Origin: a virus
Taxonomy: Duplodnaviria > Caudoviricetes
IMG/VR virus record: IMGVR_UViG_3300049489_000482
Coordinates: 1 to 58,712 of that record
Direction: 5' to 3' (one strand)
DNA: 58,712 bases
Shown piece by piece: positions 19,801 to 29,502 of the stretch. The notes under the pieces were generated by a model that did no database searches, was not told the origin of the DNA, and saw nothing but the letters and a program-made list of their open reading frames with translations. A program made the translations under genes and the position numbers. The number at the start of each line of letters is the position of its first letter. The stretch's first letter is position 1.

Positions 19801-20556
19801 TTACGCGAGGACCTTGACTTCGGCGGCCGTGGCGAGCGCGGCTCCGATGGCACGCACGTCGTCCCCGATCTTCTCGGCTTCCGTCTTGAGCGCGGCCAGG
19901 TCGGCTGCGCCGGCCGCAGTCCCGTCCGTGCTCGTGAGCGCGGCGATGACCACCACCTTGACCGGCGCGTGAGTTTCGATTTCGATCACGTCCCCGTCGG
20001 CGGCCGAGTCCTGCTTCGCGACGCCGATGCGGTAGAAGGTGCCGGCTGCGGCCGGCTCGTTCTGCACTTTGCCGCTGGCTGCGGTGTAGATCGTCTCCCC
20101 GACATCGATGGCTTCGGACGCCACAACCTTGCGGGTGAGCGACGTGGCGTTGAGGAACTGGACGGCGACCGGGTCTTCGGCTGCCTCCGCCTCGTCAGAT
20201 GCGATGCCGACCGGAAAGTCTGATGCCCCGCAAGCGGCAACGTGATCGTCGTCAGACCCCTCCTTCACCAGCAGGAATCGGGTTGCGATGGCTCCGTCCG
20301 CCCGCTTGGTGATCGCGTCTTCGTGGACTCCCTCGGCCACGTTGGCGAACTGGCGGGTGTCTCGACGGCACCGGATGCCGTCCAGCATGGCCCGAATGCC
20401 GTCCGCCGCGATGGCGATGCGCTCCCGCATCTGGACGCGCTGCCGGTTGGATTGACCGACGTGTTTTTGTGCCCGGACGAATTCACCCAGCCGCGCGCAC
20501 ACTACCGCGGCAAGGAGCATGGCCAGCGCCATGATGAGGAACGTATAAGCGTTCAT
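19801..20556 (-). CDS. Capsid cement/decoration protein (DUF2190-like) with hydrophobic N-terminal extension
   Basis: 'VVASEAIDVGETIYTAASGKV...IGVAKQDSAADGDVIEI' pattern. Confidence 0.7.
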   Translation of the reverse strand: MNAYTFLIMALAMLLAAVVCARLGEFVRAQKHVGQSNRQRVQMRERIAIAADGIRAMLDGIRCRRDTRQFANVAEGVHEDAITKRADGAIATRFLLVKEGSDDDHVAACGASDFPVGIASDEAEAAEDPVAVQFLNATSLTRKVVASEAIDVGETIYTAASGKVQNEPAAAGTFYRIGVAKQDSAADGDVIEIETHAPVKVVVIAALTSTDGTAAGAADLAALKTEAEKIGDDVRAIGAALATAAEVKVLA

Positions 20557-20649
20557 GGTGGTTTTCCTTACGTTTTGGTGCCTCGGCTTCCGCGTCGGCT
20601 TTTGTTTTTCTGTTCTGTCGCCCACACCGCACACGCGGCGTGGAAATCT

Positions 20650-22083
20650 TCAACGGCCAGTTGTCACCTGCGCCTCGGGCTTCTGCATCTCGGCGAACAG
20701 CGCCGGCTTCTCAGCCTTGATCTGCGCGAAGCAGTAGTCGTAGTCGCACTGCTTCCCATCCTTGCGGTTTGCGTCCATGCGCTCGTTGACGGCGTCGATG
20801 ACCTGGCTCATGCGGCTGCGCGTGTCGCTGTTCCGCTTCCCGAGGTCGCCCGCGCTGATGCTGCTCTGCGTCTTGAGCTTCTTCGGCAGCTTGGTGAAGC
20901 GGTCCAGCGTGTCGCTGAACGCGGCCTCGTTGGCGAAGTCCTTCTCCCACACCGGACGCTCCGCCGCCGTGATGCGGCCCGCCTGGATGGCGTCGTTCAG
21001 GACGAGCTCGATCCGCGCCTTGCGCTCGTTGGCAAAGTCCATCTCCAGCTTCGCGGCCTTGGCGGCTCCGGCCTCGGCAGCAGCCAGCTTGGTTTCGAGC
21101 TCGGTCTTCTCGTTGGCGAACTGCTTCTCCCGCTCCGCGAGCTTCGCCTCGGCCTCAGTGCGCGCGGTGCGCGACGCCGTGAACTCGTTGATGAACGCCT
21201 GCGTCGCGTTGCTGTCGGTGACGGTGATGCCTGCCGCGGCAAGCGTCGTGATGAGCAGCGTCTCGTTGGCGATCAGCTTGCCCTTGTCCGCCTCGCACGC
21301 GCATCCAGCCTTCTTGGCGGTTTCGAGTTCGTTGGCCATCTCGGCGTGCTTCTTCTCGCACTCGTTGACCATCGTCTCCTCGTCGAGTTCGTCGGTGTCG
21401 GCCTTGCCGAGAAATTTCTTGATGTAGTCGGTGAGTTTTTTCATGCCGTTGGTTTTGGTTTCTGCCGTTTCGTTGACGAACGTCACAGCGTCCGCCTCTG
21501 TCTGTTCCTCGTTGGCGAAGGTGACGGGTGCCACCGGAATCTGAGGCTCGTTCGTGAAGCCGACGCTCTTGATCGTGAACGGGCGCCACACCGCGCCCTC
21601 TTTCCGCATTCGCCAATTAACCGAGTGACCGTGGAACGCCTTCTTGGCGATCAGCGCTTTTCCGTCGTCGTTCCACTCCACGTTGGCAAACAGCCCGTGC
21701 GCCTTGCAGCCCTTGCCCGCCCGGCACGCCGCGCAGTTCGCGTCCTCGCGCACGTCCAGTTTTCGGATGCGTCCCTTCGCCGCGGTGTCGGTGTAGCGAT
21801 CCTTCATCGCCGGGAAGTCCGGATGCCCGACGTACCATGGCAGCCCGAGTGCGCGCTGCGGCAGCCCGGCCATGCTGCTGAACTCGTTCACGATGGTGTG
21901 CGCGTCCTCTGCGCGGAAGCGCTGCATTCCGCTGGCATTGTCCCAGTCCCCGAACGGAGCCAACTGCGCCCAGCTTTCGTCCGGGACCTTGGCGGAGGTG
22001 TTGACGAATGTCACACCATCGCGCCGGACCATGGCTCGCGCGGTGGTGATCATTCGTTGGAGGATTGGCTTGATGGCCTTCAC
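20650..22083 (-). CDS. Mu gpI-like prohead protease plus scaffold
   Basis: 'YVGHPD', 'AKGRIRKLDVRE..GLFANVEW', 'SVGFTNEP', then a coiled-coil scaffold. Confidence 0.8.
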   Translation of the reverse strand: MKAIKPILQRMITTARAMVRRDGVTFVNTSAKVPDESWAQLAPFGDWDNASGMQRFRAEDAHTIVNEFSSMAGLPQRALGLPWYVGHPDFPAMKDRYTDTAAKGRIRKLDVREDANCAACRAGKGCKAHGLFANVEWNDDGKALIAKKAFHGHSVNWRMRKEGAVWRPFTIKSVGFTNEPQIPVAPVTFANEEQTEADAVTFVNETAETKTNGMKKLTDYIKKFLGKADTDELDEETMVNECEKKHAEMANELETAKKAGCACEADKGKLIANETLLITTLAAAGITVTDSNATQAFINEFTASRTARTEAEAKLAEREKQFANEKTELETKLAAAEAGAAKAAKLEMDFANERKARIELVLNDAIQAGRITAAERPVWEKDFANEAAFSDTLDRFTKLPKKLKTQSSISAGDLGKRNSDTRSRMSQVIDAVNERMDANRKDGKQCDYDYCFAQIKAEKPALFAEMQKPEAQVTTGR

Positions 22084-22144
22084 TGCCTCCGCCGCTTACG
22101 CCTTACGCCGATGGTGTCAAACTAAAATCGCACGGAGGCGTCGG

Positions 22145-23779
22145 TCAGTTCCTGGTGGAAGTCCTGAAATGCTGCGGTGCGGCGTTGCGTTTCGGAGGCT
22201 GCCTCGTGCTTCCGCGCGGCCGCACGGACGCGTGCCGGCGCACGGTGGCCTGCGTCAGCCCGTTGAAAAATCCGGCGCTCATCGCGTCGGCGATCGCCCG
22301 CTCGCCTTCCGGGTTCTCGTTGATCGCGTGCAGGATTGCAGGCAGTTGCTCGCGCAGGTTGTGGAGCGCCACACGAAACGCTTCCTCGTTCGGCATGTCG
22401 ATGACCGCCTGCATCCGCTCGCGCAGCGGCTCCAGCACATGCGCCTGAGCGGAAGCGGCCCGGCGCATCGACGCAGCCAGCAGCCCGTGCTGCTCCCGCG
22501 CTTCGTTGGCAAACGACATGGCCGGCAGACGGTTGCCGTCTTCCATGCCCGGCTGCGGTGGTGCCTGCGCGGCCTCCAGCACCTCGTCTCCGTCCTCTGC
22601 GATCTTGCGACCGTACCGCTCCGCCGTTTCCTTCTTCGCGAGTTTCACGCCGTGCTTCGTGAGGAACTCGTCCACCTGGAGGTCGCTGGCGACGTTGCGC
22701 GGTTCCGGGATGACGATGCGGACATATGCGGCCGGCGCGGTCCCGTCGCCGAAATGGTAGGCGATTACCTTTCGATCCACCTGTTCGTTCAGTGTCTCGG
22801 AGATGAGCCTGGCATCCTGGCTCTTGAGCGAGTGTTCCTCCTTGCCCTGCAACGATGCGCCCTGCCCCTCGCCGGAGCCTGCGCTGATGGTGGACAGGTC
22901 CGCGCCGCGCCACAGCGCCGCAAGCGCACGATCCATGCGCTCGACAAGCGGTTGGAATGGCAGCGTACCCGTGGCCGCAAAGTCGATCTTCGAGATCTCG
23001 TCGTCCATCGACGTCACGCACGAGAAGTCCGCTGCGACCGCCTGGACAGCCGCCTCGACGGCTTTCCATCCGTCGCTGTCCACCGGGTGCTTCGTCTTGC
23101 CGTGAACGCCTGGCATCCCGTGCTTTTCGCAGTACATCACCCAATCCTTGAGCGGCAGGAGCTTGTACATGTAGGCGACCGCGCACGCCTCCATGAGTCC
23201 GTCGCCGCATGTGATCAGCCAGTCGTCGTCGAGCGGTTCGCCTTCAAGCGCGAAGTCGTCCTTCAGGAAGCGGAGGGTTCCGGTCCGGTTCTCAAAAAAC
23301 CAAAGCGGCACGAAGTTGAACGTGGCGGTGAGGTTGTCCTTCGTCGGACGCCAGATGATTTCGTGCGCGGCATACTGCTTCGCCAGCGCGTCCATCATTT
23401 GCTCGACCAGCAGACTAAACCCGCGGTTTTGGTTCCGGTCCACGGCGTGCGTGGCGCGCAGGTTCGAGTAGAAGTATTCGAGTTTGGCCGCGTGTTCCTC
23501 CGCGACGTTCGGCGCCGCCTTCGGGTCCTTTATGATGGACCAGTCGTACGCGGTCAGTGCGGCGGTGCGCTTCGGGATGACGCACTTCAGCACGTCGTCG
23601 CGCCGCTGGATGGCGTCCATCGTCATCGCAAAGCGGCGCAGCATGCCGGCGTTGAACTCCTCGATCTGGCGGCTCAGGTTGTCCGCCGTCAAATCGCGAA
23701 TCGGGTTGAACCGGGTCTGCTTCCAGTAACGGACGCGTTCCGGTGTGATGATGCTTACGAACTTGCCGCTGTCAGCCAT
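22145..23779 (-). CDS. Portal protein (Mu gp29/DUF935-like)
   Basis: 'MDALAKQYAAHEIIW', 'DWVMYCEKHGMP', 'DARLISETLNEQV'. Confidence 0.8.
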   Translation of the reverse strand: MADSGKFVSIITPERVRYWKQTRFNPIRDLTADNLSRQIEEFNAGMLRRFAMTMDAIQRRDDVLKCVIPKRTAALTAYDWSIIKDPKAAPNVAEEHAAKLEYFYSNLRATHAVDRNQNRGFSLLVEQMMDALAKQYAAHEIIWRPTKDNLTATFNFVPLWFFENRTGTLRFLKDDFALEGEPLDDDWLITCGDGLMEACAVAYMYKLLPLKDWVMYCEKHGMPGVHGKTKHPVDSDGWKAVEAAVQAVAADFSCVTSMDDEISKIDFAATGTLPFQPLVERMDRALAALWRGADLSTISAGSGEGQGASLQGKEEHSLKSQDARLISETLNEQVDRKVIAYHFGDGTAPAAYVRIVIPEPRNVASDLQVDEFLTKHGVKLAKKETAERYGRKIAEDGDEVLEAAQAPPQPGMEDGNRLPAMSFANEAREQHGLLAASMRRAASAQAHVLEPLRERMQAVIDMPNEEAFRVALHNLREQLPAILHAINENPEGERAIADAMSAGFFNGLTQATVRRHASVRPRGSTRQPPKRNAAPQHFRTSTRN

Positions 23780-23811
23780 GCACGCGGGCTTAAGCCCGAC
23801 GCGCCCGAATG

Positions 23812-24063
23812 TCAAAGGCGAACAGCAGTGACGTTCACGGAGGCCGGCTTATCGCATTGCTGTGGCGGTGGCGGGTCTGGCAACCGTGTTTGGTTTCTGA
23901 TTCTGGGTATTTCGTGAAGGCGCACGAGCAGGCTCGGGTTCAGGCGGACGAGATCGCCGGGGCAGATGCACCAATCACAACCGTCGCATCCATGCCTGCG
24001 CGCCCACTGCGCGTAAAGTTTTACGCGGAGCTCCTTGGCGGTTTCTCGTGTGAACGGCTTCAT
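23812..24063 (-). CDS. Hypothetical protein
   Basis: Start overlaps the upstream stop; contains CxxCxxC. Confidence 0.4.
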   Translation of the reverse strand: MKPFTRETAKELRVKLYAQWARRHGCDGCDWCICPGDLVRLNPSLLVRLHEIPRIRNQTRLPDPPPPQQCDKPASVNVTAVRL

Positions 24064-24395
24064 ACTCGAACACGCGCCAACACCTCGGGGTCGCCGCGCA
24101 GCGCCAGTTCGATCACGTCTTCAAACGTGAGTTCGCGGTTGTCGTGCGCGATCTGCAGTGCGCGCTCGCGCACGAGCACTTCCGGGACGCGTGTGTGCCT
24201 CGAAATGACGGCGATGCGTTCGGAGGTCCGACGGGCTTGCTCGCGCAGCCGCTCGCCGATGCCTGGCAGCGTCTGCTGCGGAATCGTCGCGACGCGGACG
24301 GTGATCTCGCCGGTCGGTCGGTGCTGTGCGTTGAACTGCTGGCGTGCCCGTTCGAAGTCCATGTGTGCCAGTATCGTTGTGGTGCAGTCGTTCAT
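24060..24395 (-). CDS. Hypothetical protein
   Basis: ORF in gene order. Confidence 0.45.
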   Translation of the reverse strand: MNDCTTTILAHMDFERARQQFNAQHRPTGEITVRVATIPQQTLPGIGERLREQARRTSERIAVISRHTRVPEVLVRERALQIAHDNRELTFEDVIELALRGDPEVLARVRV

Positions 24396-24496
24396 TCGTT
24401 TCCTTCCCCGTCGCACGCAGCGCCACACTGCGTTGTAATTTGAGAGTCCATGTTACGCTCGATTACCGTTCCCGGCGCGGTCGCTGACTTCATCGT

Positions 24497-25270
24497 TCAG
24501 CCGCCCTTTACCGCCGTGATGATTTTATCGACGACGTGTCGAGGTGCCGGCGGCGGCGGCGAGTTCCACGCCCGTCGGTGTTCCTCGTAGCACGCCTCAA
24601 TGCGCGCCACGACGGCCTCGACGCCGGAGTCCGGCGCGGAACTGGTTGTGTCCGGCAGCACCGGGTTTGGCAGCGCGGGTCGCTCGGCGCGCATCGCCTC
24701 CGCGGCTAGTCCACCGCGTGGAATGGGCCGCGCGGCCTCCACGATGGCCGACGCGCCGCGTTTCGCCAGCGTCCGCTGTCTCGCCTTGGGCAGCTTGGCC
24801 ACGGCCTCTGCGGCGCGCAGGCTGACCTTTCCGGCCTTGACGAGCGCCTTCACCGGCTTCGCCGCCTTGGAGGCGACCGAGGCGGCCCGCTGGACGCTCC
24901 GCTCCGAGACGTGCAGTTGCTCGGCGACGCCGGCCTGCGTCAACCCGCCCGCGGGCGGGTTCGTGGCCCGCAGGATTTCCTCCGCCATCATGGAGCGCTG
25001 GCTCTCGGTGAGATGCCGGCGGCGCAGGTTCCGGCTGATGACGTAGGCCAAGGCATCGCTCCCCGTGAACGGCTCGACGCGGGGTTCGACCTTCGCGGCC
25101 TGGCAGGCAAGGTATCGGTTCCGTCCATCGAGGATTTGGCCGTCGAGCAGGACGATGGCTTCGCGCTGGCCGTGCGCCTTGATGTCGTCGGCGAGTTCAA
25201 AGATGCCCGCGGTGTCCATCGGTGGAAACATGGAGCACAGCGGGTGCAGTTCGTAGGTATTGGTTTTCAT
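24497..25270 (-). CDS. ParB-like protein with HTH
   Basis: 'LADDIKAHGQREAI...ILDGRNRY...NLRRRHLT', then HTH 'TQAGVAEQLHVSERSVQRA'. Confidence 0.8.
   Translation of the reverse strand: MKTNTYELHPLCSMFPPMDTAGIFELADDIKAHGQREAIVLLDGQILDGRNRYLACQAAKVEPRVEPFTGSDALAYVISRNLRRRHLTESQRSMMAEEILRATNPPAGGLTQAGVAEQLHVSERSVQRAASVASKAAKPVKALVKAGKVSLRAAEAVAKLPKARQRTLAKRGASAIVEAARPIPRGGLAAEAMRAERPALPNPVLPDTTSSAPDSGVEAVVARIEACYEEHRRAWNSPPPPAPRHVVDKIITAVKGG
24942..24961. promoter_or_regulatory. Perfect 20-bp palindrome AACCCGCCCGCGGGCGGGTT, one of eight dispersed copies
   Basis: Other copies at 13397, 14561, 26961, 46656, 48062, 51254 and 58394. Confidence 0.7.
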
Positions 25271-25767
25271 GGTGTCTCTTGGTTGTTGGTTTCGAGTTTG
25301 GCCAGCGCGCTGACCAGCGTGCCCGCCATGTCTTTGACGACCGCCGCGAGTTCGCGGACGGAAAGCCGATGCGCGCCACGGTCCACCCTGGCCGGCACGA
25401 CGACGCGCAGGTCGTGCAGGCGGACGTACCTCGACGCGGTGTCCGTGGTGAGCAGCCCGGCCCCGCTCGGGAGTTCTCCGATGACATCGGCGACCAAGGT
25501 TGGCGGAACCAAGAAGTAGAATTGCGATGGCTTCCTCGTCCACGGCAGTTGCTCCCGGTATTGCATGACGCGCTTCTTTGCGTTGGCGCGGAAGTCCGCC
25601 TTGGTGACCTTGACCTCAATCTCGATCACGGTCCGTTTCGGCGTCACCCCGACGACGTCCGGGATGCCGATCCACCGAGCCGGTGCCCGCTCGCAGGCCA
25701 CGACGATGCTCTGCCGGGTGTAGCGCAGCCAGTTGCAAGCGCAGGCTTTAAGGTAGTTCGCCGTCAC
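25267..25767 (-). CDS. MmcB-like PD-(D/E)xK nuclease
   Basis: 'PDVVG...EIEVKVTKADF...FYFLVP...LPSGAGLL'. Confidence 0.7.
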   Translation of the reverse strand: MTANYLKACACNWLRYTRQSIVVACERAPARWIGIPDVVGVTPKRTVIEIEVKVTKADFRANAKKRVMQYREQLPWTRKPSQFYFLVPPTLVADVIGELPSGAGLLTTDTASRYVRLHDLRVVVPARVDRGAHRLSVRELAAVVKDMAGTLVSALAKLETNNQETP

Positions 25768-26936
25768 AAAAGTCCCGGTGTTGTGGCGCAACGCTGGCGC
25801 GCGAGATTGGCGTAGTCCGGGTTCAGTTCGACCAGGACCGCGTTGCGTCCAAGTTCGATGGCGACGCGGCCCGTCGTTCCGGATCCGCCGAACGGGTCCA
25901 GGACCGTGCCCATCCTTGGGCAGCCGGCCAGAATGCACGGCTTGACCAGCGCCTCCGGGAATGTCGCGAAGTGCGCCCCGCTGTAGGGTTGCGATGGGAT
26001 CGTCCAGACGCTCCGCTTGTTGCGCTCCGCAACGACATCCTTCACGGCCCCACTGAACGACGCGTTGGCCCGCGTGGTGTCCCGGTCCGCGATCTCCGCC
26101 TTCGGGTTCACACCGGGCCGGTGCATGTGTTCCATCGTCCGGCTCAGTGTTTGGTTTCCGGGCCATCCGCGCGCGTATCTGGCGTGGCTGTCTGGACTGC
26201 CCGGCTCGCGGATGGCGTCGGCGTCGTAGTGGTAGCGGGCCGACTTGCTCAGGATGAACAGGTATTCATGGGCCTTCGTGCAGCGATCCTCGACGCTCTC
26301 CGGCATCGGATTCGGCTTGTGCCAGATGATGTCCTGCCGCAGATACCAGCCATCCGCACGGAGCGCGAAGGCAACCATCCAAGGGATGCCGATCAGGTTT
26401 TTCGGCTTCAGGCCATAGATCAAAGCCCGCCCGCATCGGTTGCTGACTTCCTGGTTGCTTTGCCCGCCGCCGAGAGTGCTACCACCAAGGCCGCCGCTCG
26501 GCCCGCTATTGTAGGTATCCCCCAAGTTAAGCCACAGCGTGCCGTCGTCGCGCAGCACCCGGCGAACCTCGCGGAAGACGGCGACCATCGTGGCCACGAA
26601 TTCCTCGACGCTCGCCTCGAGTCCGATCTGCGCGTCGATTCGCGTGGCCCCGCACTTCTTGCATCGGCTCGCGAACGGCATCCCTCCGGCTCCCTCCTTG
26701 TATTCCGTCCCGCCGCCGTTGTTCCATTCGCCGAGCGTTGACTTGCTGCTCGTCTGGCTCCGGCCTTTGTGGTCGCACTCCGGGTCGCCGCCGACCCACT
26801 GACCCGTGCCGTAGTCGCGCAATCCCCAGTATGGCGGCGATGTCACGCAGCAATGCACCGCTTGGTCTGGAAACGTGGCGAGAACCTTACGGCAGTCGCC
26901 GACGTGGATTGTGACTTTGGGAATCGCTGTTTTCAT
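25764..26936 (-). CDS. N4-cytosine/N6-adenine DNA methyltransferase (beta-type order)
   Basis: TSPPY catalytic motif, HFATFP, DPFGGSGT SAM-binding motif. Confidence 0.9.
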   Translation of the reverse strand: MKTAIPKVTIHVGDCRKVLATFPDQAVHCCVTSPPYWGLRDYGTGQWVGGDPECDHKGRSQTSSKSTLGEWNNGGGTEYKEGAGGMPFASRCKKCGATRIDAQIGLEASVEEFVATMVAVFREVRRVLRDDGTLWLNLGDTYNSGPSGGLGGSTLGGGQSNQEVSNRCGRALIYGLKPKNLIGIPWMVAFALRADGWYLRQDIIWHKPNPMPESVEDRCTKAHEYLFILSKSARYHYDADAIREPGSPDSHARYARGWPGNQTLSRTMEHMHRPGVNPKAEIADRDTTRANASFSGAVKDVVAERNKRSVWTIPSQPYSGAHFATFPEALVKPCILAGCPRMGTVLDPFGGSGTTGRVAIELGRNAVLVELNPDYANLARQRCATTPGLL

Positions 26937-26984
26937 TCGTTTTTCGTTGCCGCCATACAACCCGCCCACGGGCGGGTATGCAAG

Positions 26985-28439
26985 TCACAAAAGCCCGCGG
27001 CCTCGACGCGCCCGCATGTCGATAGGCGTCCGGTTCGGGTCCTTGCTCTTCACAAGCCGCACCGCGCTTGGTGACGTGTCCGCCAGTGCGTTCAGTCCGC
27101 CGCTGAACCCGTCCACCTGGTCGTCGTCCAGCCCATCCGGGAACGCCTCAAGCTCCGCCAAAAACGCCTCGTTCCACGATCCGCGCAGCAGGAACACGTT
27201 GCCCGCCTGCGCCTGTGCGGAAGCCGGCTTCGCGCGCACCAGCTTGCTCTTGGTCGCCGGGAACGCCTTGATGTTGAACTGCGCCAGTTGCCGGATGTGA
27301 TAGTTCGCCTCCGCCTTGCCGGCCTGTCCGGGATCCTGCTCGATGCCGATGGCCACGTCCACGCCGTCTTGGCTCGCCGTGTTCTTGATGCACTGCTCGA
27401 CCGTTCCGCTGGTTCCCTGGATGCGCTCGACGTGTTCAACGAAGAACATTCCACGATCGTCCCTGGTGATCTTCACGCCGACCGTCCAGTCCGGTTTCGG
27501 GTTGTCCGGTGACGGCTCCGTGGCGGCCCGGTCCCAGTAGCGGATGGTGGATGTGCGCTCGCGCGGGACGGCATCGACGATCTTGAACCACGAGCGCCGG
27601 AACACGTTTCCGGTGCTTGCGCGTATCTTCCAGTTGCCGGCCAGCAGCCGCATCCGGTCCACGTAGGAGAGCGCTTCGAGGTTGGCGATGTATCCGGGGT
27701 CCGTCTCGAGCAGGATGCGGTTGTCGTACACGCTCGCCGGGATGAATGTCACCGACTTGGGTTTCGAGCGCGGATGCCTCGCCACCAGTTCGGCCTCGGT
27801 GTCCGCCCAGATCAGTTCGTCGTTGACGCGGATGAACCATCGAAACACGCCGGCACGTTCCTTGATCGGGTATCCGTATCGCGGGTTCGGCTTGCCGTCG
27901 ATCGTCTCGTTTTGGTCGATCCACCACGCGATGAAGTCCGCCACCCAACTGTCCGGGTCCGGGTTCGTCGTCGCCCGGATGTATGGCCGCACGCCGCACA
28001 TGGAGCGGTTGCGGCTCATCATGTAGAAGAACTGCTTCGCGGAGAAGTGCGTGAGTTCGTCGTAGCCCATGTAGCAAACCTGCGCTCCTTGCCACGCGTA
28101 GACTTCCTTTTCGTCCTCGAGGTGCGAGAACCGGATTTGCGTCCCGGACGGGAAGACGTGCGTCAGCCGGTGGCGAATCGGGCGCGCTCCGAGCGGGATG
28201 TAGAGCTTTTCCGCCTCGTCCCACAATCCGCCGGGGTTCGTGATCTGGACGGCGTTGCGCCGGAACAGAGCGGCGTTGAATCCGCGCGTGTCTTTGTGCC
28301 GCAGCGGTTCGAGCAGCAGGCCAAACGACTTTCCGCCTCCGGCGCTCCCACCGTAGATGGCAATGTCCGCCGCCGTAGCAAGGAACCGCTCTTGCGGACC
28401 TGGTTGCGGAGCGATGCGTTGTTCTGGCCGGTTGCTCAC
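26985..28439 (-). CDS. terL: Terminase large subunit
   Basis: Walker A GGSAGGGKS, Walker B YDELTHF, ATTNP, nuclease motifs WDRA and DDQVD. Confidence 0.9.
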   Translation of the reverse strand: MSNRPEQRIAPQPGPQERFLATAADIAIYGGSAGGGKSFGLLLEPLRHKDTRGFNAALFRRNAVQITNPGGLWDEAEKLYIPLGARPIRHRLTHVFPSGTQIRFSHLEDEKEVYAWQGAQVCYMGYDELTHFSAKQFFYMMSRNRSMCGVRPYIRATTNPDPDSWVADFIAWWIDQNETIDGKPNPRYGYPIKERAGVFRWFIRVNDELIWADTEAELVARHPRSKPKSVTFIPASVYDNRILLETDPGYIANLEALSYVDRMRLLAGNWKIRASTGNVFRRSWFKIVDAVPRERTSTIRYWDRAATEPSPDNPKPDWTVGVKITRDDRGMFFVEHVERIQGTSGTVEQCIKNTASQDGVDVAIGIEQDPGQAGKAEANYHIRQLAQFNIKAFPATKSKLVRAKPASAQAQAGNVFLLRGSWNEAFLAELEAFPDGLDDDQVDGFSGGLNALADTSPSAVRLVKSKDPNRTPIDMRARRGRGLL

Positions 28440-29050
28440 TCTTTCCCTCTGCCGTTCTCGGGCAGATACAGCACGGTGCGTGGTGTGTTGTCGACGTCGA
28501 TGGCCGGCGCGGTGACCGTGACACCGTCGCCGGTCAGTTCCATTCTCCTCGCAGCGTCGAGACCGAGCAGCGCACGGATGTGCTCCTGAACGCGTAGGAT
28601 GAGTGCCATGTATGCCGGATCACCATGAGACGTCTCGCTGTTGACCGTGGCCTCCACGCCTCCGTCCGTCGTCCCGCCCTGGCCGAGCGTGGTCTTCTTC
28701 TGCGTCCTGACGATCTGCCCCTTGCTGGCTTCCCAAGCCTGCCAGAGTTCCGTCTCCATCTCGTGGTACTTCAGCAGCATCTTGCCGATCCATTCGTCCC
28801 GGTAGGCGAGGCGCTCCGCACGCCACTCCTCGATGACCGCCTTCAAGTCCGCGGCGACCTGACTACGGCTCAGGGTGTAGCGCCGGTTCGCCGTCACCCA
28901 TTCGGCGATCTGATGCTGCGTGTGCCCTCGAATCCAGAGGCGCGTGAACTCGGTGCGGTCCTTCAGCACCTCCGCGGGCGTGCGTTTGTTCGCCTTGAGC
29001 TTCTCTGACTGCTTCGGCTTGCGCGGCGTGGCGTGCGGGTCGCGTGTCAT
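28436..29050 (-). CDS. terS: Terminase small subunit (HTH)
   Basis: N-terminal HTH; 'ALLGLDAA..ELTG'; overlaps the terL start. Confidence 0.7.
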   Translation of the reverse strand: MTRDPHATPRKPKQSEKLKANKRTPAEVLKDRTEFTRLWIRGHTQHQIAEWVTANRRYTLSRSQVAADLKAVIEEWRAERLAYRDEWIGKMLLKYHEMETELWQAWEASKGQIVRTQKKTTLGQGGTTDGGVEATVNSETSHGDPAYMALILRVQEHIRALLGLDAARRMELTGDGVTVTAPAIDVDNTPRTVLYLPENGRGKE

Positions 29051-29071
29051 GCCTCACGTGGCGATGCTGCC

Positions 29072-29431
29072 TCACTGAGCGGCGGTTTCCGCCCCGTCCG
29101 CTTCGAGCGCGTCCTCGATGGTCACGGCGGTTTTCATCATCTCCGCGAGCGGAGGCGCGTCCTCGATGCAGATGTGCGGGTTGTAGCGGATGCAGTCGTC
29201 GTTCCGGTCGACGATTACCCATTGGAGGATGGCGGGATTCTGGCGGACGTGCGGTTGGGTTTCGGCCTGTGTCAGACGCTGCTTCCGGTATTTCGGGTTT
29301 AGTCCGGTTTTGGCGTTTGAGAGGTGCTCCGGCTTGATGAACATGACCATCTCGTAAGTCCACAGGAACGCGCGACGGCGTTCGGTCATGTGGTTGTTTC
29401 TCCAGGCGTGTTCGAGTTCTCCGATCTTCAT
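29072..29431 (-). CDS. Hypothetical protein
   Basis: ORF in gene order. Confidence 0.5.
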   Translation of the reverse strand: MKIGELEHAWRNNHMTERRRAFLWTYEMVMFIKPEHLSNAKTGLNPKYRKQRLTQAETQPHVRQNPAILQWVIVDRNDDCIRYNPHICIEDAPPLAEMMKTAVTIEDALEADGAETAAQ

Positions 29432-29502
29432 GGTGTCCTTCTGTTGGTGCGTTGCGGTTGTCCGGATTCCGGCGCATGTCACGCCCTTGTCCGGGAGAGC
29501 GG

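Noticed and set aside
18556-23917. Long plus-strand ORFs (18556-20223, 20242-22125, 21872-23917; also 12230-13837 and 48734-50392)
   Set aside because: Antisense shadows of well-supported minus-strand genes in GC-rich DNA; no recognisable motifs.
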